64,000 bases of DNA from Alistipes finegoldii (GTDB lineage Bacteria > Bacillota > Clostridia > Christensenellales > UBA1242): positions 676 to 64,675 of the forward strand of contig CAVEBU010000002.1 in the NCBI GenBank assembly GCA_963614045.1. Direction: 5' to 3'. The position numbers and the translations under genes are program-made. Shown here one piece after another: positions 56,499 through 64,000 of this stretch; the first letter of the stretch is position 1; each line of letters starts with the position of its first letter. A model generated the notes under the pieces. It was not told the DNA's origin, made no database searches, and worked only from the letters and a program-made list of their open reading frames with translations.

Positions 56499-57149
56499 AT
56501 ATTTTTACAAACATAACAGATTCTTTGATTTATGAAAAAGAATTTAATAAAAACAAAAATGCTATAGAACTGGTTAGATTTAATTCTAATTATGATAAAG
56601 TAATTGCCCATCACGATAAAGAAAATCTATGTTTTAGATTTTTCAAGGAATTGAATTTAAAAAGAAATGACAAGTTGATTGATAACCACGATAATATTTA
56701 TTTTGTTGATGAGGTGATTGTTAATCAACCATACTTAATAAAAAAAAGACGGATTAATATCTGGAGAGAAAGAATTTCAAACAACAATTGTAAAGTATAC
56801 AAAACAGTTAATAGAATTACCAGACAGCATAAAACAATGTGTTAAAATTGAAACAAATATTAACATTGATGCAAAAAATTCCCAATTCTCAGGTGGATTA
56901 GCTAATTATAACATAAATCAAACAGCTTCATATAATCAAATTTTTGACTTTATGAAAGTGTTATGTAACAATACTTTCAACGTAAAAGAATTGCAACCAT
57001 TTTTACATGGGATTGAAGGCAGTATGAAAGATAAAAAGCCTATTGAAGAAAAATGGTACAAAAAGTTTTTTAAATTTATGGGCACTCAATTGTTAGAAAT
57101 TGCAAAGCAATTTATTGTAGCATATGCTACATCGCTAGCAACCAAATAG
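56495..57149 (+). pseudogene. unknown gene split by a +1/-2 frame change at an A8 run (ORFs 56495-56845 and 56742-57149)
   Basis: ATGA overlap with the upstream methylase. The second frame is open from 56742, directly after the A8 run at 56740-56747, and runs to 57149. Removing one A fuses the two into about 218 aa. Confidence 0.6.
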
Positions 57150-57158
57150 GAGAAAAAT

Positions 57159-58016
57159 ATGAAAAGAAATTTTAAAGAATGGTTTAATACTTTCACTGAT
57201 AGCATTGCGACTTACGAATATTATACAGATTTCAATACAGTCTATAAAAACATTAACAAAATTAAAGTTGAATTAAATATAATGAATTCACTTGTTGGTT
57301 CTAAAAATATTGAAAAAGATTTTGACAACCTCTTCAACAGTTATCCAGAAATTAGAAAATGTTTACCACTTTTAATTGCTGTGAGAGAAAAAGAAATTAA
57401 AGTTGTTGATGATGGTGAAAAGTTAAAATACAACTTTACAAATATTGACGATATTGAACTTTTGAAAAGATTTATGAGAAAAACTGGTTTGTTTGACTTA
57501 ATTTCAAGTCATTTAGTAAACAATCTTGTAGATTATGCTACTGGTGTTGAAGTTGGTCTTGGCTCTAATGGAAGAAAAAATCGTGGAGGGCATCTTATGG
57601 AAGATGTTTTGCAAGGTTTTATTGAGAAAGAAGGTTTTGTTTTAAATCAAACTTATTTTAAAGAAATGTACTTGAAAGATATTGAGAACAAATGGAACAT
57701 TGATTTATCTTCTTTATCCAATCTTGGCAAAGTTGCAAAAAGATTTGATTATGTTGTAAAAACTGATAATTGTATTTATGCTTTTGAAACAAACTTTTAC
57801 TCTAGCTCAGGTTCAAAACTTAATGAAACTGCGAGAAGTTACAAAATGATTGCAGAAGAAAGCAAACATATTAAAGGATTTGCTTTTGTTTGGGTTACTG
57901 ATGGTTTAGGTTGGGTTGATGCTAGAAACAACCTTGAAGAAACTTTTGATGTAATGGACAACCTTTATAACATTAAAGATTTGTCTAATGGCAAGTTGAA
58001 GGAAATTTTAAAATAG
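57159..58016 (+). CDS. DpnII/MboI-family type II restriction endonuclease (GATC expected)
   Basis: YYTDFNTVYKNINKIKVELNIMNSLVGSKNIEKDF, TGVEVGLGSNGRKNRGG and NFYSSSGSKLNETARSYKMIAEE closely track the DpnII sequence as I recall it. Confidence 0.85.
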   Translation: MKRNFKEWFNTFTDSIATYEYYTDFNTVYKNINKIKVELNIMNSLVGSKNIEKDFDNLFNSYPEIRKCLPLLIAVREKEIKVVDDGEKLKYNFTNIDDIELLKRFMRKTGLFDLISSHLVNNLVDYATGVEVGLGSNGRKNRGGHLMEDVLQGFIEKEGFVLNQTYFKEMYLKDIENKWNIDLSSLSNLGKVAKRFDYVVKTDNCIYAFETNFYSSSGSKLNETARSYKMIAEESKHIKGFAFVWVTDGLGWVDARNNLEETFDVMDNLYNIKDLSNGKLKEILK

Positions 58017-58736
58017 ATGGAAGAAAAATTTGAATTAGAAACTAACACTGTTTGGTCGTTTCCAAATCGTGGCAAATGGGCAACCCATGATGCAAAATAT
58101 CGCGGAAACTTTTCCCCTTATGTTGCTAAAAATATCATTTTGAGATATTCGAAGCCAAATGATTTGGTGCTTGACCAATTTGTTGGTGGTGGTACTACTC
58201 TTATTGAATGTAAATTAAATAATCGTAATGCAATTGGTATTGACATAAACCCAAAGGCTGTTGAGATTACAAAGAGCAAACTTGATTTCGATTGTGAATT
58301 TAACAATGAAATAAAAGTTGAACTTGGTAATGCTTGTGATTTGAAAAATATTCAAAATGAAAGTGTCGATTTAATTTGTACCCATCCACCTTATGCAGAT
58401 ATTATTAAATATAGCGAAGATATTGATGAGGATTTATCTCATCTAAAATATAAAGATTTTCTTGTGGCAATTGAAAAAGTTGCTAGCGAGTGTTATAGGA
58501 TTTTAAAGAAAGATAAATTTTGTGCTATTGTTATGGGTGATACTCGCAAAAACGGAATGGTTCAACCACTCGGTTTTGAAGTTATGCAAAGATTTATAAA
58601 CGCAGGCTTTAAACAAAAAGAAATTATCATAAAAGAACAACACAATTGTAAAGCAACAGGTTTTTGGAAAACAAATAGTGAAAAATACAACTTTTTGCTA
58701 TTGGCACATGAGTATGTGTTTGTGTTTAAGAAATAG
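58017..58736 (+). CDS. SAM-dependent DNA methyltransferase, FxGxG before (H)PPY
   Basis: LVLDQFVGGGTTLIEC (motif I) lies about 75 aa before LICTHPPYADI (motif IV). The start abuts the REase stop. Confidence 0.7.
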   Translation: MEEKFELETNTVWSFPNRGKWATHDAKYRGNFSPYVAKNIILRYSKPNDLVLDQFVGGGTTLIECKLNNRNAIGIDINPKAVEITKSKLDFDCEFNNEIKVELGNACDLKNIQNESVDLICTHPPYADIIKYSEDIDEDLSHLKYKDFLVAIEKVASECYRILKKDKFCAIVMGDTRKNGMVQPLGFEVMQRFINAGFKQKEIIIKEQHNCKATGFWKTNSEKYNFLLLAHEYVFVFKK

Positions 58737-58770
58737 TATTTATTTTAATATGTTAAATGAAGGATTGAAG

Positions 58771-59883
58771 ATGAAAAAAGAAAAATTAAAACCTTTACTA
58801 AAGTATCCTGGAGGAAAAACTTCAGAATTGGGTGTTATTAATGAAAATTTGCCCTCTAATATTAATAATTATATTGAGCCTTTTGTTGGCGGTGGTGCAG
58901 TCTATTTCGATTTAAATAATAAGAATAATTTTATCAATGATAAATCTGAAGAACTAATTTTATTATATAAATATATAAAAGAGAATAATCCTACTTTTTA
59001 TAATGAACTTGACATTATAATATCTAATTGGAATAAACTCAAAGAATTAGCAAATAATGATCGAATAACAAATTTATACATTAAATATAGAAATGATGAG
59101 AAATTTGATATGCATCAAGAATTGCAAGATATCATAAACATTGGTATAGAGAAAGTACCTATGTTTACATTGAGAAAAAGTATTAAATTCGAAAGTTTCC
59201 TAGTAGATTGTCTATATCAAAAATTCAGTTTAATAAAAAGAAACGAAATTAAGAAAAAAGAATTATTAGAGCATAGTCCATTGATAGATAATATAGAGGC
59301 TGGAATAAAAGCGGCATACTATACATATTTAAGGGATGTATATAATAAACCAAGTGAATATAATAAATTAACAAGACCTAGAAAAGTCGCTATATATTTA
59401 TTTATAAGGGAGTATTGCTACTCTTCAATGTTTAGATTTAATAAAAATGGTGGATTTAATGTGCCATACGGAGGAGTTTCGTATAATAAAAAAACTTTAG
59501 AAACAAAAATCACATATTATAAGACAAAAGAAGTTAAAAACATTTTAAACCATACTCAATTATATAATGAAGATTTTTATAGTTTTTTAAATAAAATTAA
59601 GATAGATAAGAATGACTTTATGTTTTTAGATCCTCCTTACGATACAACCTTTAGTGAATATGATAGAAATTCATTTGGGATGGAAGATCAAAAAAGATTG
59701 GCAAATTATTTAATCAATGAATGTCCATGTAGATTTATGTTAATTATAAAGAAAACTGATTTTATAGAGAGCTTATATATTAATCAGGGGCTAAAAATAT
59801 TAGAACAAGATAAAACTTATTTTGTTAGTTTTAAAAATAGAAACAAAAAAGATGTAAAACATTTAATTATAATGAATTATTAG
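58771..59883 (+). CDS. second D12-class N6-adenine DNA methyltransferase with enlarged middle region
   Basis: ATG 58771. Motifs LLKYPGGKTSE, EPFVGGGAV, FNVPYGG and FMFLDPPYD are present; about 370 aa against about 300 for the first Dam-like gene. Confidence 0.8.
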   Translation: MKKEKLKPLLKYPGGKTSELGVINENLPSNINNYIEPFVGGGAVYFDLNNKNNFINDKSEELILLYKYIKENNPTFYNELDIIISNWNKLKELANNDRITNLYIKYRNDEKFDMHQELQDIINIGIEKVPMFTLRKSIKFESFLVDCLYQKFSLIKRNEIKKKELLEHSPLIDNIEAGIKAAYYTYLRDVYNKPSEYNKLTRPRKVAIYLFIREYCYSSMFRFNKNGGFNVPYGGVSYNKKTLETKITYYKTKEVKNILNHTQLYNEDFYSFLNKIKIDKNDFMFLDPPYDTTFSEYDRNSFGMEDQKRLANYLINECPCRFMLIIKKTDFIESLYINQGLKILEQDKTYFVSFKNRNKKDVKHLIIMNY

Positions 59884-59892
59884 GAGATTAAT

Positions 59893-61383
59893 ATGGAAGA
59901 TAAAAGATACACTGAAGAAGATTTAATAGATCCAGCATTGTTTCAGATGTATAAACGTGGTGGGAAAATAACCACCGGTGAACTTATAATAGAATTAATC
60001 AATGTCCTAAAACCAACAGGACAAGATGCAGAGTTGTTATTTGGGAGAAAAGATAACAGATTTAGTCAAAAGGTTCGAAATTTAATATCGCATAAAAAAA
60101 TTTATCCTAAATATGTCGAATATGATGGTGATACCTCGTTAATGAGTATTAATAGCGAAGGAGAACAAAGACTTTTTGCATCTAATTATTTTTTATATAA
60201 CTCAAATAAATTAACAGAAAATAGTTATGATGAGCAAAATGATGAGGATCTTTCACCAATTGATGAAAGTGATGATTTTGAAAACATAGACAAAAAATAT
60301 GTAGAATGTGAACCTGTTAACTATTCGGTATATGAGTTAAAAAGGCGCTATGATAGAGCCAAACTAAATAATAGTAATGGGGTTATTAAATTAGATGATT
60401 CCTTTCAGCGCAATACGGTTTGGACGAGGAAACAAAAAAGTCAATTAATAGAAAGTTTACTTTTGGGAATTCCTATTCCATATATATATGTATATGAAGG
60501 CAAAAATAGCAATCTTATAGTTATTGATGGTAGACAAAGATTATCTGCTATATTTGATTTTTTAGATAATAAATATTCACTTACTGGGCTAGAATTTTTA
60601 ACAAAATTAGATGGAAAAAAATGCAAAGATTTAGTAGACAATTTGCTTGAAGATTTAGAAAAGTTTAAAGCAAAATTGGAAGATGCCCATCTTCATGTGA
60701 TAAAAGTAGGATTTGAAACTTCCGAAATTTTTAAGTTAAAAATATTTCAAAGAGTAAATCAGGGTGGAACAAAATTAAATAACCAAGAATTGAGACATGC
60801 TCTACACCAAGGAGCTATTACCAATATGCTAAAGGAGTTATCGGATTCGTTAGATATATTGTCATCTGTGAGTGCAAAAAGCAGAATGAAAGATAGATAT
60901 TTGATTCTAAGATATATATCAATGAGGTTATATATTCTAAATCAATTAAAATTTTATGGCAACAAAGGAAACTTAAATATACCATATAATGAAATTAATA
61001 CATTTTTAGCAAATTCTATGGATGCAATAAATACTTTTGATGATAAACAAATGCTCGAAATAAAAATTGATTTTGTTGAATCTTATAAGTTAGCTTTAGA
61101 GTTGTTGGGAGACAAAGCTTTTAGATTAGAAGAGAATTCTCCTATTAATATGATATTATTTGAAATCACATTATTATTTATTAGTCTGTCAAAAGCAAAA
61201 CATGTTTCTCTTGACAATTTATCATGTATGATAGATGATTTTAAAAATTACGATAAAGAAAATATAGATTCTGATGGAAATACTCCTTTTTTTCAAAATA
61301 TAAAATATCACAGAGATTCTAAGAAAAACTTTGAAGAAAGGATAGAATGGCTCAATAATATTATTTTAAAATATAAAGGATAA
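59893..61383 (+). CDS. DUF262 (ParB/GmrS-like NTPase) protein with N-terminal winged-helix-like domain; no DUF1524/HNH half seen
   Basis: DDSFQRNTVWTRKQKSQLIESLLLGIPIPYIYV...IDGRQRLSAIFDFL is the DUF262 core. The N-terminal ~150 aa resembles Mrr_N-type wHTH (GELIIELINVL...RFSQKVRNLISH). Confidence 0.75.
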   Translation: MEDKRYTEEDLIDPALFQMYKRGGKITTGELIIELINVLKPTGQDAELLFGRKDNRFSQKVRNLISHKKIYPKYVEYDGDTSLMSINSEGEQRLFASNYFLYNSNKLTENSYDEQNDEDLSPIDESDDFENIDKKYVECEPVNYSVYELKRRYDRAKLNNSNGVIKLDDSFQRNTVWTRKQKSQLIESLLLGIPIPYIYVYEGKNSNLIVIDGRQRLSAIFDFLDNKYSLTGLEFLTKLDGKKCKDLVDNLLEDLEKFKAKLEDAHLHVIKVGFETSEIFKLKIFQRVNQGGTKLNNQELRHALHQGAITNMLKELSDSLDILSSVSAKSRMKDRYLILRYISMRLYILNQLKFYGNKGNLNIPYNEINTFLANSMDAINTFDDKQMLEIKIDFVESYKLALELLGDKAFRLEENSPINMILFEITLLFISLSKAKHVSLDNLSCMIDDFKNYDKENIDSDGNTPFFQNIKYHRDSKKNFEERIEWLNNIILKYKG

Positions 61384-61388
61384 CTATT

Positions 61389-62749
61389 ATGTTACGACAG
61401 ATAAAACTGCAAAATTTTAAGTGTTTCAAAAAAGTAAATATTAATTTAAAAAACTTCAATGTCATTTGCGGACCAAATTCATCGGGAAAAACAACTATAA
61501 ATCAAAGTATATTGCTACATTTACAAAATAATAGGATAGATAAAGAGCATTTTATAACAAATGGTAAAATGTACATTTTGATGATTATGCTGAGATAAAA
61601 AATTCAACTACTTCATCTGATAAAAGTGTTGTTATAGAATTGTTAGATAACAAAAATAGAAAACGAAAAATTATTATCACTTCAGAAGATGATGGAAAAA
61701 AAATAAAGTGTAAAGAATATGTTTCTGAATTTGAAATGTTAGATGAAAAAAATATTTTTTATTTATCAGCGAACAGAATAGGGCCAGAAGATGTTTACAA
61801 CAAATTTACTAATGAACTTATTGAACAATATGGGCAAAATGCCATAGGATTTTTAGCAAAGTATCAAAATCAACCGATAGATGAAAAATATGCATTTATT
61901 AAATCTCCAACAAAAGATTATCAATTTATTAAAGAAATAAATTATTGGCTTAATGAAATAGTTGAGGAACAAGTCCATGTGACAGAACTTTCTAGAACAG
62001 ATAAAAGTACGGCAACGTACAGCCATAAAATAAATCCGTTAGAAGTTAGGAATAAGAATACTGGTAGCGGTGTAAGTTACGTAATTGCTATTATTGTAAT
62101 GACTTTTAGTCTTGCAATTAAAGAAAACACCGAAAAACCTCTTATTATAATTGAAAATCCTGAAATACATCTTCATCCACTAGGGCAAATAAAGTTAATG
62201 ACATTCTTAAAGTTCATGTCTCAATTTTGTCAAATTATTCTAGAAACACATAGTGACCATATTATAAAAAATTTTTTGCAGTATACAAATGGTCAAGTTA
62301 TAAAACTAAATAAAGATTTTGTGCCGATTTACTATAATAAAAGAAGTAAATACACATTAAAAACATTGACTTTAGGAGAAGTCCAATGGGAAGCTTTTGA
62401 TTTGCCAACCATAGATTTCCATATTGCTTTGCTCTCATATTTACAAGCAAAATTTAATCAATTTTCTTTAAATCACTTAGATGATTTAATTAGAGACACA
62501 GGAACATTTAAGTCAAACTGCGAGAAATATGATACTAAATGTATGAGATACAAAAATCATATAGATTCAAAGTCCAAATTTGAAACATTGCCTATTTATA
62601 TTCGAAATGTCATAGATCATCCTGTCAGAAAGAAAGGAAGTGGCGAACCTCCAAGGAAAAAATATAGAAAAACTGAAAGCGAATTTTATGAGGCTTTAAA
62701 AAATTCAATTCAATTTATGCTAGATATAATAAAAGAAAAAGGTTGGTAA
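61389..62749 (+). pseudogene. ABC/AAA_21-type ATPase (DUF3696-like) interrupted by a 1-nt frame change; C-terminal domain with RNxxxH motif
   Basis: Walker A ICGPNSSGKTT lies in ORF 61389-61598. Walker B/D-loop LIIIENPEIHLHP and H-loop ETHSDH lie in ORF 61640-62749. The second frame is open from 61568, so an extra A in the A4 run at 61566-61569 would restore ...NGKNVHFDDYAEIKN.... Confidence 0.75.
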
Positions 62750-62769
62750 TTATTAGTATGGCATTTAAA

Positions 62770-62827
62770 CGTGTGCTTGTTTTGATACAAGTCGGTGTCG
62801 CTTCGCTCCACCGAAGACAAGCACACG
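62770..62827 (+). other. long nested hairpin just after the island operon
   Basis: CGTGTGCTTGT (62770-62780) pairs with ACAAGCACACG (62817-62827); the inner pair is TCGGTG / CACCGA. Confidence 0.6.
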
Positions 62828-62865
62828 AACATAAAAACAATTAAGTAAAAAGGCATATACAAACA

Positions 62866-62931
62866 TTGCCGAGTGAAAAAGAGGTTTGCGCGCAGGCTTT
62901 TCGCAAAACCTCTTTTTTTACCACTCGGCAA
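62866..62931 (+). terminator. 66-nt double-stem hairpin with internal T7 run (terminator-like)
   Basis: Outer stem TTGCCGAGTG / CACTCGGCAA; inner stem GAGGTTTGCG / CGCAAAACCTC followed by TTTTTTT. Confidence 0.55.
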
Positions 62932-63329
62932 ATTGTATCGTAATTTGTTTTCAAATTTCAATATTGTTGTTTTTGAAAAGATATTAATTTTTTTCAAAAG
63001 ACATTTTTCAAATGCATAACCATAAGCATTGTTAATGTTCTTAGTTATTCCAAAATTATTAAAGTATGTTTTCTTTACTTAACCTCCTTTACTCGCTTTT
63101 GGTGTCTCTTGTAGCACAGTTTTCCCCTAAGTCAAGGGAAACAAATATTGTTTATGTAATCTACTAGATTGAATATTCAGTCTAGTATTTTTTTATTGCA
63201 ATAATATTTCAACCCAATATTTCTTTCTTCTTCCTTGACTTCTTGTATTAGAAGTTCAAGGGGTTAGTGTGTAATCCAAACTCTGCTCCAACGACTTTGC
63301 CAAAAGGCGGATAAAGGAGAAAAATATAT

Positions 63330-63959
63330 ATGGAAAAAAGAAAAAATTTAGTATTAAATGATGATGTAAAAATTAGTTTGGATAACATCGAAGATTTATC
63401 TAAAATTATTGCACTATCAAGTTTAAGAAACTTTGAAAAGTTTGCTTATAGCAACTCAAAGTTAGTTGAAAAATTGCACAAGCAATTACAAAAAGACATT
63501 TGTCATCATAGTGAGTTAGACAACTATTTTGATGCTTACGATTTAGTCCAAGAAGCGAGTTTGTTTTTGTTAAACTTTATAGGTCGTAAACTTGGAGATA
63601 CTTGCACTTTTATAAAATCTACTTCAAAAGCACCACAAATTATACCAATTAGAATGGCTTGTTTTAAGACATTGTTTGCATATCTAAGAAAAGAAATGAA
63701 AAACGGAACTACCGAAGATGAAGAATACCTCGAATTCGTTCCGGCAGAAAATACACTTGACAAAGAAGAACCTGACTACACAAAAGTAAAAGAAATTATT
63801 AGAAAAATTGTAACAAACGAACTTGAAAAGAAAATTTTGGAATACACATACAACGGAGTTGAAGTTAAAGATATTGCCGAATTCCTAAACATTAGTATTT
63901 GGAAGATTTACAAACGACGAAGAAAATTCAAAGACAGATATTTAGCATATTGTGTTTAA
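63330..63959 (+). CDS. sigma-70-like protein (region 2 and region 4 remnants), mobile-element type
   Basis: DLVQEASLFLLNF (region-2-like) and LEKKILEYTYNGVEVKDIAEFLNISIWKIYKRRRKF (region-4 HTH). Confidence 0.5.
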   Translation: MEKRKNLVLNDDVKISLDNIEDLSKIIALSSLRNFEKFAYSNSKLVEKLHKQLQKDICHHSELDNYFDAYDLVQEASLFLLNFIGRKLGDTCTFIKSTSKAPQIIPIRMACFKTLFAYLRKEMKNGTTEDEEYLEFVPAENTLDKEEPDYTKVKEIIRKIVTNELEKKILEYTYNGVEVKDIAEFLNISIWKIYKRRRKFKDRYLAYCV

Positions 63960-64000
63960 TATTGTGTTTAATAACTTAATACCAAAAAACAAATTCCCAT

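Larger units (their letters stand above)
55300..64000 (+). mobile_element. AT-rich accessory (defence) island; right boundary not in window
   Basis: By eye the composition is clearly more AT-rich than the glyQS side. All genes are restriction/modification/defence-type or sigma-like. No integrase lies within the window. Confidence 0.5.

Noticed and set aside
62710-62997. 95-aa minus-strand ORF after the ATPase gene
   Set aside because: It is built from the two long hairpins and AT-rich spacer, has no RBS, and overlaps the ATPase gene end.
63949-63972. Tandem duplication ATTGTGTTTAAT x2 at the stop codon of the sigma-like gene
   Set aside because: It is real in the sequence, but it is a trivial 12-bp duplication with no evident consequence because the stop codon lies in the first copy.

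Overview
This is a 64-kb chromosomal window from a low-GC, Firmicute-like bacterium. Markers include L27 with a Prp-type N-extension, ScpA/ScpB, YlbJ, two DegV, GroES/EL, TypA, GlyQS, MurA, Alr, Pgi and six tRNAs. Housekeeping blocks are interrupted by several accessory segments. (i) A tRNA-Lys(CUU) locus has its 3' end duplicated as a 58-bp perfect direct repeat around a 267-bp ORF-less, hairpin-rich insert. (ii) A ~13-kb phage-derived cluster (12.6-25.8 kb) carries a sigma-like regulator, TerL, portal, scaffold, two tandem paralogous major capsid proteins and a holin. It has no recognisable tail, integrase, replication or endolysin genes, and arrays of an 11-bp motif TGCATAGTACC punctuate it. 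(iii) A RhuM islet lies at 42.1-44.1 kb, and a tandem pair of large unassigned paralogs sharing a 231-bp identical tract lies at 46.6-50.0 kb. (iv) A visibly more AT-rich, single-strand operon (55.4-62.7 kb) combines a DpnII/MboI-type restriction enzyme with three DNA methyltransferases and an unknown gene split at an A8 run. It ends with a wHTH-DUF262 protein followed by a frame-broken ABC-type ATPase whose C-terminal domain carries an RNxxxH motif. That last pair is my best candidate for an undescribed defence module. Other oddities are an M50-family protease homolog with HExxH changed to RExxR, a GC-rich four-way-junction element after scpB, and a (TA) tract in the spacer of a lipoprotein promoter. 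No rRNA, CRISPR array, transposase or integrase was seen. All family calls come from motif recognition by eye; no database search or folding program was available.
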